Of a DNA stretch of 64,000 bases, positions 50,544-64,000 are shown one piece after another. The stretch spans positions 940,556 to 1,004,555 of the forward strand of contig JAKMXF010000299.1 of NCBI GenBank assembly GCA_024704765.1, given 5' to 3'. The notes under the pieces were generated by a model. The model saw only the letters and a program-made list of their open reading frames with translations, was not told the DNA's origin and did not search any database. The position numbers and the translations under genes are program-made. Within the stretch, counting starts at the first letter, position 1; each line of letters begins with the position of its first letter. The stretch comes from Oopsacas minuta (lineage: Eukaryota; Animalia; Porifera).

Positions 50544-50745
50544 CATCGATAAAATTCAAAGAATTCAATCACTGACACTTATTATTCATGGTACTGAAGA
50601 TGAAGTAATTGATTTTTCTCACGGTGTTACTTTGTATCAGAGATCTCTGAATCCAGTTGAACCTTTATGGGTTGAAGGAGCTGGGCATAATGATGTAGAG
50701 CTATATGGTCAATATTTGGAACGAATTCGAAAATTTATTAGTCAG
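50544..50745 (+). CDS. ABHD17: ABHD17-family exon with catalytic Asp and His ([28 protein letters not shown]...[26 protein letters not shown])
   Basis: Acceptor tttattag ends at 50543 and completes the phase-2 Ser codon; HGTEDEVI and GAGHNDVE motifs. Probable donor gtttgt at 50746; a final short exon was not located. Confidence 0.93.
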
Positions 50746-51218
50746 GTTTGTTGCACTGTTGTATTTGTACATAGTTTGTTCCTTCACTTCATATTTATTT
50801 TTGCTAATTTATGAATTATATTATTATGAATACTGGAAAGTTTTGATTTCAAGAAACTGCATTCCATTCTGTTCAACTTGAAATATACCGTAACTCTTTG
50901 TGAAATATATTGTAACTCTTGTTTTCAAACTGGATGAGTAGAGAACGATGAATTTCTGCTACAACCTCTCTTCAAGCTATTGATAGGCCATTACTCTCAT
51001 GTCCTCAACTTCCGAGTTAATTACCGAATTCATAATGAATTTGGCATTTTTGTAATTTTTATTGAGAGCACTTTGCGTACTTGAACGTCATGTTTATACA
51101 AATATGGTCCATAAAGGTAAACTTATCTGCTACCGTGGGGTTAAGTGAAACTAAATCAACATATATCTGGATAGTTTCCCAAATAATCTATTTTTATGAT
51201 TAAACTGGTCCATGTAAC

Positions 51219-51641
51219 CAGGGTGTAGTGCTCAAATTTCTAATCGGAGAACGCTTATGGTAGAATACATTACGCAAAATTTATAAAATAAAGTTATTTT
51301 CAGTCAACAAAACATTTTGTGACCCACGAGTAATATAAACCAATTGCACCGTTGTTATAATTGTCCAGAATATGCAAAATTGCCACACTGTTGATAGGAC
51401 CACTTGGCCAAAACAGTGCAGTGCGATGTTGAATAATTCCGGAGACCGAGCCAACACCTAACCCGTTTAATTGTTTGGAAATGGCTTGGTGCCGTTGTTA
51501 CCCCATTAAGCGGAGTTGACTAGAGTACTAAAGAAGGGCAACTCCGGAAAACTTAATCTACGTTTATTATAATTAAATAACGATAATCAAGTTAAGGTGA
51601 GGGAGCGCTGTTCCCCCCGCTCCCCCTACACTACACCCCTG
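51219..51641. mobile_element. hAT-type MITE
   Basis: TIR CAGGG(G)TGTAGTG; 8-bp TSD catgtaac/catgtagc. Confidence 0.75.
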
Positions 51642-52364
51642 CATGTAGCACATATTATTCGGCAAATGAATACATTTTACAAATTTAGAATGTTTTCCAT
51701 TCTGGATTGGGCAGTTAAATCACTAACTAGGATGCTTTACCTTAATTATTCTGAAATCTAACCAATAATTGATTTTGAAATAGTCTCATTCAACTCCATG
51801 GGCTAAGAGGAGTCTTTTCTTACCCTAACCTTCACGGTCCATTTTTAGAATAAATAATCAACTTTCAGATACGCAGTGAGATTTACTCGTACATAGTAGA
51901 ACAAAGAATTCTAAGATGGTTACAGAACATAATCTTATTGTAACTGTATGTTATGATTGACCTAAATCAAACCAAATAGAATTTAGGGACTTAAATCTGG
52001 AATGTTCTGTTTTATATAATGTGAGTACCGAATTTTGGAGGTTACTGGTTAATAACCATATTTCCTGTACCATGGATTACTTCAGGTCTAAATTTCAGTT
52101 ATTAACTTAAAATTTTGTATAAATTGACACATTTTGGCCAGAATTAATATTTATTATTGATAAAAAATGATTAGCACAAGCCATGTCGTCCAACTATTCC
52201 CATTTCGAGATGACATCATCTGCTTGGTTAAAAGGCTATATGTTGTTAAAATCCCCCATTTTTATTGCTCTCATAAGGATCACTAGTGGATCTTCGATTC
52301 CAGAATTAATTTCAAGTGATCTAAGGATGTTTATACCAAAAGTACAGAATTTTGGAATTATGTA

Positions 52365-53677
52365 CAGGGTTGGGCACAAGTTCTGCCACAATATTATAAT
52401 CCAGCCAAAAATTACTCCATTAGTTATTTGTTTCTGTCATTTAGCTCAAACTTTGTTATAATATATATTTTTCACTCTTTCCCTGAAATGTTATATTATC
52501 TTAGCCTTTTGAAGCGATAATTGGTCATGGAGTAAGAGAGGTCGAAGATCATTGAATTATTTCAAGCAGGAAATAATCCGTCAGAAATCTTCAATCTTCT
52601 GAAATTCCCTAATAGTAGAAGGAAGTTCATTACTCGAACTATTGAGCGATATGAAGTGACTGGCGGGATTACTGATAAGCCAAGATCTGGCCGTCCACGG
52701 TTTGTAATGACTCAAAGGCTTAAAAAAGTACTGCTTCAACGAATTCGCCAAAATCCCCGCCGGTCAATGGGCAAAATGGCCAAAGAACTAAGAGTTTCAC
52801 GTTTATCAATCGGACGAGTTGTTAAAAATAACTTGCATGTACACTCTTTCAAGAGAAAGAGAGTGGATCACATCACGACACTAGTGGAGGCAAAAAGAGC
52901 ATCGAGAAGCAAGGGACTTCTTAAGAGGCACGCGATCCATGGTCTCAATTTATTCCTGTTCTCAGATGAGAATTTATTCACCATTGAGGAAACAACGAAC
53001 CCTCAAAATGATCACATCATCTCATCCTCAATTTCAACTATCCCAGAAGAACTTCTATCTGTCAGCCGTATACAAAAGCCACTTTCAGTCATGGTTTGGG
53101 TGGGAATATCATCAATTGGCCGGACACCACTCATATTCGTGCCTGTGGGCGTAAAAATCCACACCCAAACCTACCGTGAGCTTATTTTAGAACCTGTAAT
53201 ACAAGATCTCTCTAAAACTATGTTTTCTGGGAAACCTTTCGTGTTCCAACAAGATGATGCTCCAGCCCACACATCGAATTCAACTCAGGCCTGGCTTCGA
53301 AGCAATAATCCAGATTTTAATCAAAAGGAGGAATGGCCGCCATACAGCCCCGATTTAAATCCAATGGATTATTCTATCTGGCCCATTTTGGAAACGAGGA
53401 CATGTTTGAAGTCTCACACCAATATAGACTCCCTGAAAAAGTCTTTGTGTCGAGAATGGAAGAGAATACCTCAAGAAATACTCCGTACCAAAGTAGAGGC
53501 CTTCCCTAAGAGACTAAAGGCTGTAATTGAAAGAAAAGGAGGATACATCGAATAATTAACGTATCTGCGAATCTATATACCATATTTAGTAGTACATACC
53601 GAATTTCTACACAATACAATATATCAATCGGAAAATATAGTTATTTAAATATGTGGCAGAACTTATGCCCAACCCTG
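52365..53677 (+). mobile_element. Full-length maT (DD37D) transposon, transposase 52527-53555 with one nonsense codon
   Basis: TIR CAGGGTTGGGCAYAAGTTCTGCCACA with TA TSD. FSDE, QQD and SPDLNPMDY, with 37 residues between the 2nd and 3rd Asp; TAA at codon 3. Confidence 0.95.
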
Positions 53678-53817
53678 TATATTCCCGTTACTGACTTATA
53701 TTAGATAGTATGTTTAACTCGATTATCGCGAAGGTTTTAGCCAAGTTAATCCAGCTTAATGTAAATATGCTTATTCTTCCTCTTCTTAAGTATATTTCCT
53801 TGGCGAATACTATATAG

Positions 53818-56190
53818 CAGGCTTCCGAAACATTCTCTCTGATTAGTCCGAAGGTCTTAAATTGTTTTCTTTCGGGCCGCAACCGATGTCAATAGCTCAA
53901 ATTCAATTTTAGTTGAAAATTATTATATATGGTATGTTTTCTTGATTCCTTCACTACGTATTTGATACAAATTACTTTGTAAGCTTTATAGAATGTACGA
54001 AGTTAAATATGTAATGTGAAATACATCAATTATTCTTGAGAGCTAAATGAATAATTTGATACTAATGTGATGGATGCACTTGTCCTTCTTTAGCGATAAC
54101 TTCGAATTGAGGTAAATATCTTTTCACTGCATCTTTTATTAGTTCTGATGTGTGTTGTGTTGTAAGACCTTTCTTTGTCTTCGATTTTACTGCATTCTCC
54201 ACAGAAAAGGTTTGTTCGCAACAATATTTTGATCCAAACGTTGACAACACAATTTTGTTATATTTCTCAGATTTTTCTGATATACCTGACTTCAGGATGA
54301 TGTCAAACTCTCAACTGTTGCATGCGTTCTTCTTAGTACATCATTTGACTGAATTTCAATCAACTCCATTTGGCATTTGGCAGGATTTCCTTAGTAATTT
54401 ATGGAGTGATTTCACTAACTTTCACCGGAAGAATACGCCAATGATCGGAAACCAAAGAGAATGTTCTTTTATGCTCTGAAATCACTGAAACGATTTTCAA
54501 ATTCATTTAGCAAATCTTCGATGCACTTGGTGTGCAGTTCCTGAAGTTTTTGTATACATTTCTTCCCTTTTGTAGATTGTAGCCTCTGAATAACAGTAAA
54601 TTTTCCGATTTTAACTGAATGAAAATAGAAGAAGTTTGTTTTTGAATGAAATCACATTTGTGAACATATCATTTATAATCTTATTTCCCCCTGCAGTTTC
54701 AAATTCGAATCATTTAGATGTCCAGTTTTGTCAGCCAAAAATGCCACATTTTCGACCCACTCTAAATTTTCAAATTTTGAAGGATATTGCTTATTTGGTT
54801 GAGCAGATCATTGAGCTCACATACATATCTCTTAATTAGTTCAATTAGATGGAAGGAATGATCAATTACTGCTCCTTTTGATGACTATCCCACTCGGGAA
54901 TGATACACCAATTCGATATAATGTACATCATAATCATTGAGTAATTCCCGGAATTGGCGATGATTCAAGGGATGTGAACGATTAAAGTTGATATTATTGA
55001 CGATGTCTTTCATCACCTCCTCAAACATCTCTGTGTGTAAGGATGCTAAGTTCTCTTGGTGTATAATACAATGGTAAGTAAGAACGTTATTTCGTATCTC
55101 GCCATGCTCTTTAAAGAGAGTACTCAACCTAGTCTTACCCGTCATTAAAGGAGCACCATCAGTTGTAAGAGTGCATATCTTTTGGACAGGCATATTGAAA
55201 TTGTGCAGCGTTTCCATAACACAGTTGAATATATCTTGGCCACGTGTTTGACCTGTCAGAGGATATAGATGTAGTACATCTTCAGTCAATTTGAAACTGC
55301 CATCAATGAAACGAACAAATATACAGCACTGTGCAATGTCTCTTATGTTTGTACTTTCATCAACAGCAATCGCTGTGGCATCACAAATGGCAACACCATG
55401 ATAGGTTTGTGCATTCACATTAACAATACAATATGATGTACGGCGTGTTGCAGTATCAGCAGACAGTGGAATTTATCTATCTTACTTATCAACTTGGTTT
55501 CTTTGTCATCAGTTATCTCTTCAACTATAACCCGAGCGCACTTCATGATTAAATCCACATCGGAGTATGCCTTCTTAGCTTGAGCTTCCATCTGGGCAAT
55601 TTTCACCAATGAAATTTTCACCGATGTAATAGTAGCACGAAGGATTGAGGCACCATTAATCGTCTTCATCATCAGCTTCTGGGCTGTTAATTTAGCTAAT
55701 TTAAGAGAAGCCAATTTGGCCGATCGGACAGCAGTGTACATTGGATAATTGTCATTGTACACAAGTTTGTGCCTTGCTGCATAATGATCCTTCAAATTGC
55801 TCCTCTTGATGGAAGATATCTGTGTATCACAAATTAAGCACAAACAGGAAAATTTATGCTCAGTTACAAAAGACTTCTTCGCATGCTGGGGTGGATTTCC
55901 GGAACTCCCCTTACATCTTCCTTTACTTAGCGATCATTCTTCTTCATATACTATTAAACCAAAATAAGTATTTAGAGGTACAATGGGATATTTCTACTTC
56001 ATATAACGGGGAATCAATAAATCCAAAATCTGAATGTGCCAATTTACTACTATTGTGGATTAATTGTTCAGTATAAGAAATTACATAGAGCACAGGGCGC
56101 ATACATTATCTGTTAAGCCACACGTCATAGGAAATTACATCGGTTTATTAGGCCGCATGCGACCTGAAAAAGCCAGTTTGCAGAGCCCTG
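53818..56190 (-). mobile_element. hAT (Buster/GTF2IRD2/SPIN-like) transposon, decayed
   Basis: Termini CAGGGCTCTGCAAAC (56190) and degenerate CAGGCTTCCGAAAC (53818); 8-bp TSD ctatatag/ctatatat. Motifs CLIC..KRSNLKDHY, AVDESTN, TTDGAP, HCIIHQE and CEQTFS. Confidence 0.88.
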
Positions 56191-57559
56191 CTATATATCT
56201 AATCAATAAGTGAGAGTTGTCGCCTAATTTACGTATAGCAGAGCATGAGAAAAGTCCGGGCCATTTTCCTATGGCTTTTATACTCCCTAAAACATAAAAT
56301 AATAACACTTATTGTGTTCAATTATTGGGAGGCTTAGGTCTGAAACGGGAATACCCGTAATTCATGCAGGGAACACTGACAAGTGAAGTGCATCTCAAAA
56401 GATTGTCGCTTGAATTTTGGCATAAACCCAAATCTGTACTTCATAGAATATCCGAATACATATGCCAAAACGCATATTTTAATGAATTGAGGAGAATTCA
56501 GATGGAACAGGTATCTGAATGTGGCAAATTTGCGAAATATTTATTTACCTTGGAATGTTTAGTTCAGCTTGGACAAATATATCAATTCGGGATAATATAG
56601 CTACGACGGTTAAGGGTAAGTGATAAATGAGACTAAATCGATAGAATTCTGACAAAGTCAGGAGAGTTGAATAGTATAAATAATGCAGTATGTCATGGGC
56701 CGGCTAAGTATTAGCCTCATTCACCATTTTAAGACTTTTATCGGGGCGCAAAATATCATCCTATATGATTGATTAACATCACAATATTGGAATAATTGAC
56801 AAGTACGCTGAATCCGAATTTTCAATTTATTGTTGTTTTAGGCTATAGTAAAGCAATATTTGGAATCTTGAAATCTCGTGGCGTCTCGGCTCAACGCCTG
56901 TACATCGGTCATTAGTGCCCAGTATTTTCAACATTCACACATGTATATTTTTGATTAAATTCATAACTTATTCTTTTGGTATTCTAGTTAAATTTAAGGC
57001 ACAAAGTGCAAGTCCAGTGTGAACACTAAATGTTAGCAAGCTGTTCAGCTCGAGCAGTGAATCATGCTTGTAATAATATAATACAAATACACAAAATAAA
57101 AATGTTTGAACACTAGTAACATTTGTGAAAACAATGTTATGGGATTTGTTGTTCTAGCGAGATAGCTAGATTATGTAAAGAGTATTTGAAGGTTCGGGTA
57201 GCTAAACCTTATCATGCAGACTACACTTTTCCGACCTTTTTGGATTATCCAAATTTCAAATTTTGTAACAGCTATAAAATATGCATCTAAGATTGGTCAA
57301 ATTTTACTTCAGATCCACAAAAAAGTGTAATTGTGCTGACATTATGGCTTTAAAAATACAAATTTTGATCCCCTAAGCAAGAGAATAACTGGGGAGGGTT
57401 CATGTTGGTTCCCTATTTTCAAATATTTTAATTTGTAATTTGCAATCTCACCCGTAAAGAATCTAAATATAAGTAAAATATGATATAATTGCTAATACTG
57501 AGCGAAATCTATCAACAAGTTAACAACCACTAAAGAAATATTCTATTTGATGATATCGA

Positions 57560-59520
57560 TCCTCCTTGAGTTGAATCATATTTAAACATCTGCCCCACTC
57601 GCCTCAGTCGTCCTCGGTCTGCATTTTGGCCATCTTGCGTTGGACGGCCAGCACTACAAGGTGTGAAATCCGTGAATCTAAATACTCACAACCTAGCCAA
57701 GTCTTTACACGACGCATGACGGATGCACTCGCTCAAAGCTCGCTATCTCCATTAGTTGCTTCCAATAGCGCGTACACAACCATCTTGTAGTGCGTTAACA
57801 GGTTGTTACGCTGGGTAAGACACCGAGGGTGCATTAATTCTGTGTCGTTGGCCTGATTCCTCGCAAAATGATTTTCAAAGTTACAAAGTCTCAGCAGCCT
57901 GTCTAATTAGGGGTACATTTGACCTTGTGGTCCTCCTCCATCCAAAACTACAGCTGTAGCCACCGATGAATTTCTGCGAGCACTTCGCACTGGCCTAGCC
58001 TTGGCGCGAGGAAGAACTAGTTCCTCTGTCCCGTTTCTGAACTTTTCCAGATATTTCTCAATCTTCACCGTGACCACCAGGTTGAGTTAACCCGTGATTC
58101 TTATCACCCAGTACTGAATGGTTACCTCTATAGTAACAGTAGACTATGGAAGAACCAAATCCACACCCTGAAGAGTCAAATGTAGCTATTTAATCTTAGC
58201 TAGGACGTTCTACATGACACAAAGCTCCATCACCCACACAGTGTCGATGAAAGTCAGGAATCGTCTGGCATTTGCAAGTGGATCTTGGGTTAATCCCTTT
58301 GTCGAGTTCATGAAGTGCGTCAACATCTCCATTATGTTGTCCAGACTTACCCTTATATACTGGCAAGCGGCATGTGGACACACTTATCTGCCTAGCCTCT
58401 GCATCTTCAGTCGGTTGGTGGATCCTCTCAACTGCTCATATATGGAGCAGGCGACAGAAGAGGATTGGTAGCCAAATAGAAGCCAACTGGTGGATTAAAT
58501 CAGACTCAGAAAGGTTCAAATAGTGTGCTGTCTGCAATTGACATATAGAGTTCTTCCTCAAGAGCGCTCACGCAAATGCGCTGGAACAGGCACCAGATAC
58601 CAAAGTAGCTCCATCGTAGCTCTGTGAAACGACTTGAGATAAAAATGAGTCGTCAATCCATACACCTCTCTATCTATATACCGTAAGAGAGGCTGCTGTG
58701 AGTGAATGTGCCCTTGCAAAAGTTAGGAAAGTTACTCTCAAAAGTCCGTCCATCCATCCAATAACGCACGTTAATAATGTGAACTGCGAGTCCTTGAAAA
58801 GTTCGCGATACTTATCGGCCATGAACGTAAGGTATCCAGCATCGCGAATCTCACAATATATGTCAGAGTAGATCAACCTTTCTTGGATGTAAATGTGCTA
58901 GTTCGTAATATGATATGAAGTGTAGAGGGGTCGCCCGTCCTAAAGCTTCTCTTTTGACGACTAATTATGATGGCCAACCATTTCCAGTAGCTACACAAGT
59001 ATGTCCGTTAATGCTCTTCTAAGATTCATCATACCCACGCAGAGGCAGTGCTTGATGAGCGCAGAAATTCACCACCTCAGCCATTCAGGCATTGTACGCG
59101 TGGTTAGACATAGCTGCCTTTACAGTGCCGGCCAGAATATTATTACAGATCCTTCGAGATTTTTGCCATTCCACGTGGTTAATGATAGCCCGATTTATGG
59201 GAAGTATGGTGATCTTGTTCTAGGAGCTTCTACCTGGCATTCTTCCACTGATTGAAGCGAAAACCATCACCTCACTAAGTGTTCAAAGTGCCATTCCCAA
59301 AGTTGCGGCACTGATGGAAACACACTTTAGCCACAAAAAAGATTATTCCACCTATTTGGGCTGAAAGTCCTACTACGCTGACCCACAAATGTTTTTGGAT
59401 AGCATTCGTTTGGAGATTTCGCCTCAGTTTGGAGGACATCATTTTCCTCCAGCTAATCGAGTACCCATTCCACTTCTCCCCAAATAGCTAAATAGCATCA
59501 AATAAAATCACTACCATACA
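57560..59520 (-). pseudogene. Highly decayed Gypsy-like LTR retrotransposon pol fragment
   Basis: Minus-strand YKGKSGQHNGDVDAL (end of RNase H region) and degenerate RT-like segments at ~58600-59200; no LTRs recognised. Confidence 0.5.
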
Positions 59521-62500
59521 CAGACATGGGGTCAAATATTTGTGAACTCTCAATACAATACAAATGCAAATACTCTTAGATGACAATGTGGTTAAATAAT
59601 TTAGAAGATTATATTTATCCCTCTAATTGTCTCCACCCCTAATCAATTACAAACTCAGATATTTATTATTGCATTATTTATTACTCACAAATTTATGAAA
59701 AGATCAGAACATCTAGTGATCGAACTGGATAAGATTTTCTACCCAAACGGAATCAAGCTGTGATTGTAGTTTTTGGCGGGATGTTAAAAGTACATAAGCT
59801 TACTTAATATACAAACGCAAACTATGATTCATTAAGTTGTGAACCATTGTCATATGTAATTGACCGCATTTCTGACTTGTTTCGTTTTAAACAGTTGCTA
59901 GAGTTTATCCTACTAGCGCAATTAAATAATTGAATAATAACGTTGAATGGTGAAATTCTTAACAATTAACAAAACTTTGAATATTTATTCATTCTGAGTT
60001 TCATTATATAATGCTGTTAGAATTTCATTGCGCTTGATCCTGGGAACAATTGCCCATCTCGTTCCAAACTGGATTCCCAATCGATCGCAATCTACAACTA
60101 ACCATCTTAGCACTATTAAGATTTGTGGTTTTGTACATCTGGAGGCATAGGTGCATATTTGTCAATTCTCATTGATCTGAAGTGAGTCTCACGGTTTTCA
60201 GCCAACTCTCACCTTAGCTTCCATTCTCACTTTAGGTTTCCTTGCCTACAACTCTACCAGAACTGCATGGCTGTATCAACTCATTTTAAGTTATCGAAAT
60301 CGACTTATTTTTTGAATGAATTTAGTGAGTTAGCAATGCCAACATAATTGTGTTGATATTCACTTGCTGTCCAGGAGTTTAACCGGAACTCTGGTGATTA
60401 TCCGGACATATCTTGATGCTGCCATCTTACATTAATTGATCTTTTCATATTTTCTCACTTCAACGTGTCCCTATGAGTGAGACTAAAATGTACGAAGTCC
60501 ATGGGGTTTAAGATATACTAATGGGGTTGCTCCTGGGTTATTGACAAGATCGAACAACCACTAGCTGTGAAAATGCACTATATGAAGTTATTTCAAATTT
60601 TCCATATATCTCATCCATAGGACAGTGATTCTCAACCTGGAGTCAGTGGGAAAATCAAGATTAATAGCCACTGCGTTAAGATGGTTACATGTCGTTTCAA
60701 GAAAACATTGTGTTCTGTGGAGAGAGTTTATGTATTCGAAAATGTTCAGGTCTAAATGACGAATACAAGTTCTCCAATGAATTGAAATTAGCAAGAAATA
60801 TACAAGGCATTTACTTTGTTTAGAAGGTGGATTGAGATGTGTCATCATTGTTAACTAAATTTGGGTTAGGATGTTTTACCTCCGCCCGAACCTGGCTTTT
60901 GGGGTAATTAAGTTATTGTAGCTTCTGCACAAACATGTAATTCGTTCTTGATTTATCATAGATATTATCTGGAACTTGTTGGATGTGATGACGTGCACAC
61001 TCTATTACAACAATCGTTTGACTTAAAATCGTTCTTTGCTCATCAGAAGATTTATCTATTAACATTTTGTCCATTTTACTTAGGAACTTTGAGAATTTCT
61101 TCACCTCTACTAGATCTAGGACTTTGCGGAGGAATCCTTTCCACTAATATTTATTCATTCACTTTAATATTTTTGCATTTAGGGATATAAGTATATGCTG
61201 TATAAGATGCACAAGTTTTAGAATACCTAGAATAATTGGTATCTTAGTTGTAAATTGTGGAATCTGGGTATCATTAACTACTTATTTTCTTCAGCATTTG
61301 ATATCAGAGATTCATAACTTGTGAGATGGACTGAGAATTCACTTGGTAGGAGACAACAATGCGATTAATCATAGATTGTGTTGGAGTAAACTAAGCTTCT
61401 AGGTCGAATAGACTGTGCCTCAATTCAGATTCTATACTCGCTAGACTTTTTTCAAAAAGTGCCATTTTAATTGGGCCTTTATGTGTTCGCAATGTAACCA
61501 TCACTGAAATGCTTTGAAAACGCTTAAAGAGTCTTCAAACCAGCATCATCTGTACGTTGGAGAGCCCAAAGAAGAGTTCCTGAGTTCGTATGGCTTGTGT
61601 GGTATTGTAAATATTGGTAATTGTTCCTCATTGTCATAGCAGGGTCAAAGGAACAGCACTTGACCATTGTAAATTCAGAAATATATTTATATACCTGGAA
61701 AATAAGCGTAAGATTTCTGTTCATAATTTGGAGATAAACACACGAAATGGCATTTATACCTGTAGTTGCATGAGCACCTGATTTTGAAATTATTCAAAAA
61801 GTGTAAATCTCACATATTTTAGGTGGTTACTCATAGTTTCGTACATGTCCATCTAAATTTCAAAACAACGCTAGAGATTTGGTTCGATATAATATGATAG
61901 CTCAACAGACATATTGAGGTAATCAAGTGCCCTGAATCCTAGTTTTTCATTTTCAGTTTTCTTATATGTACATTTCATTGTTGTTTTTATGAATATAAAT
62001 TTAATTTATACTTGAAATCTTGAAATAATCGTGAGCCTTACCAAAACAGAATGGAGGGTAAGCAAGTACACTGAATCCTAATTTTACCTTTTTCAGTTTC
62101 TCAAAGTCTGTAAATTTCGAAATTGATATGATCTTTACAACCTGTTCTCAGATCTCGATAAACTATATTCTGACAGCTTCTATTTATATTTTGTTATCAT
62201 ACCATTTTTATCATTTCCTATGCCTAGTGCTACATAGTGATAACATCTCCACTTCCCCTCAAGTGCTTCTTTATACATCTGTGTTTTAGCTTCCTAACTC
62301 ATATAGCCACAGTTTACCAGCCAATACACGAATTTTGTACTTGCAGCAGTTTAAATAGCTTACTTGAGGTAACATACCAAATATTTGAAGTGTGGGGCAG
62401 CCTGTTCTACTAATTTGGGAGTACAATTGCTTGAATACCCTAGGGCCACATATATGCAGTATAGATCTATATTTCCTGGAGGCATACTGTATATTTCTCA

Positions 62501-64000
62501 GAAAATTTGCAAAAATGTTTGCGAAATTGAAAAGAAAATTTCGGAAAATCAGACCTAATGGAGCTAATCTGAATATATTTTTGGAATCAAAATAATATAT
62601 AGTCCCTGATCGGAATGAAAATAATGTGTGGTTTGTTCATGCAACAAAATTGCCCATGATCAGTGTTATAGGAAAGTCAAACTGACATGATACTTTTGTA
62701 TCTATTTGAATAATTGCATCTTCTGATGATTCTGCTTCTGAGATACCAGCTCTGGTTTTGGAAGTGTTTAACCCGTGCTTATTGGAGATGTTATATGATT
62801 GAGAAGTTAAATTCTCGCCAAGCACAGATAAGCGAGTCTGTAGCTTCTGTAGTTTATAGTTTCAGTATTTGTTGTTGGTCCTGCCAGCTGTAATATTTCC
62901 GTCCCTTCCTTGTCCCCTTCAGAATACATTTTGTTTATTTTCGAAAAGTGTTAACCCGATTCACGATCTATATGCACGTATACATTATAATCTAGATATA
63001 TTTTGCATATATAATCAATTCCACGATGATATTATGGTTCTTCGGGTAACTGAATATGTAGAAATTCTCGCTTTGGCTGAAGAGGTAGAGAAACAGATGT
63101 TTGATTGTCCTCCAAGATTGATCTACAATTGCTGATGGTTTAATTATCCGTTTGAAATCAAGTCTAATGTATTTATGCTTCCTCCTGAGATGTCCATTTA
63201 AATTATGGTTATAATGCAAATATTTAGCTACAAATTGTTCTTTCATTAATTATTTCACATGATAAAAAACATTAATATAAAATACTTACCGTTCCCCTTT
63301 ACCAAATATAGTGCAGCCCCAGATAATTACATATATATTTTTTCTTAAATTAAGATTTTTTATATGTTCTAAATGGGTGACAATAGTCTACGATTGCTTT
63401 CCTAGTTCAACTTGGTGATGATCTCTGTAAGTACAAGGATGCTTCATTATGAATATGCAAAGAAATTGATAATTTTCCAATGCGTGGTATATACATTTTT
63501 AGAAAGAAGGATTACACTGCTGATTCTAGTATATAACCCAAACAAATATAAACTTCATGTGAAGGCTGGTTCTGCAGATTTGGTAGCCGTTGATGAGTTG
63601 ATTTGTTTAGTGTTCGTAGGTTTTTCGAAGTATAAGCTAAATCCCATATTTTGTTCAGACGAAACCGAGTGATAATTCAAAGTCTCTCCACTTTCACTTT
63701 AGATTTATTAAGAAACATGAAGAGCACGAGTTTGAGTGGATACATCGAGAATTACTCATTTACTGGTTGCTAATGCAGATGGTATTGACAAAATTGACTT
63801 GCTGATGATTCGTAAATGGAGAAAACGAGAGCTATTGAGAATAATTCCGATCCCACAGTTCATTATTTATCCAATTCTAGTCCTTGTATGGCTCAATTGA
63901 TTTTTTACTTCAAATCCAATACAAGTCCTTCTGTTTAACAATGCGACTTTCATTCACCTCAGGTCTCAAACTATGTGTGCGTTTTCTCTCATTGAGATAT

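Noticed and set aside
50746-50814. Read-through C-terminus [22 protein letters not shown] of ABHD17
   Set aside because: Similarity to ABHD17 ends at SQ, where CAG|GTTTGT is a plausible donor; the tail looks intronic, though this is not proven.
60870-60897. P-loop motif GSGGGKT on the minus strand
   Set aside because: Spacing does not fit GxxxxGKT, and it lies in a different frame from the protein-like one.
119-63672. Most 60-130-aa ORFs in the supplied track as genes
   Set aside because: They are antisense shadows or alternative frames of transposon relics, or low-complexity AT-rich ORFs with no recognisable motifs.
1-64000. RSS-flanked gene-segment array or recombination cassette
   Set aside because: Other CACAGTG/CACTGTG hits I noticed (e.g. 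~5663, ~7333, ~29786, ~45184, ~58236) lack nonamers or the AAAGAATAG block and flank no coding segments.

Overview
AT-rich eukaryotic (animal-like) genomic DNA. It holds three spliced coding exons of an ABHD17-family depalmitoylase on the + strand (14643-14812, 32764-33007, 50544-50745), separated by two ~18-kb introns. The introns and flanks are packed with nested, mostly dead DNA transposons (Tc1, mariner, maT/DD37D, several hAT, MULE, Chapaev3-type, MITEs) plus a Gypsy relic. The stand-out is an apparently intact 3,290-bp RAG1-like/Transib transposon (34585-37874). It has CACAGTG (RSS-heptamer) termini, a perfect 5-bp TSD (CCTAC) and asymmetric bipartite TIRs. Its 726-aa two-exon ORF is joined by a GC-AG intron and keeps the DDE triad, the zinc-binding residues, a RAG1 nonamer-binding-domain-like segment and a C-terminal CxxCxxxGHxxxxxC tail; there is no RAG2-like partner. 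All family assignments come from manual motif recognition; no database search was run and the host taxon is unknown.
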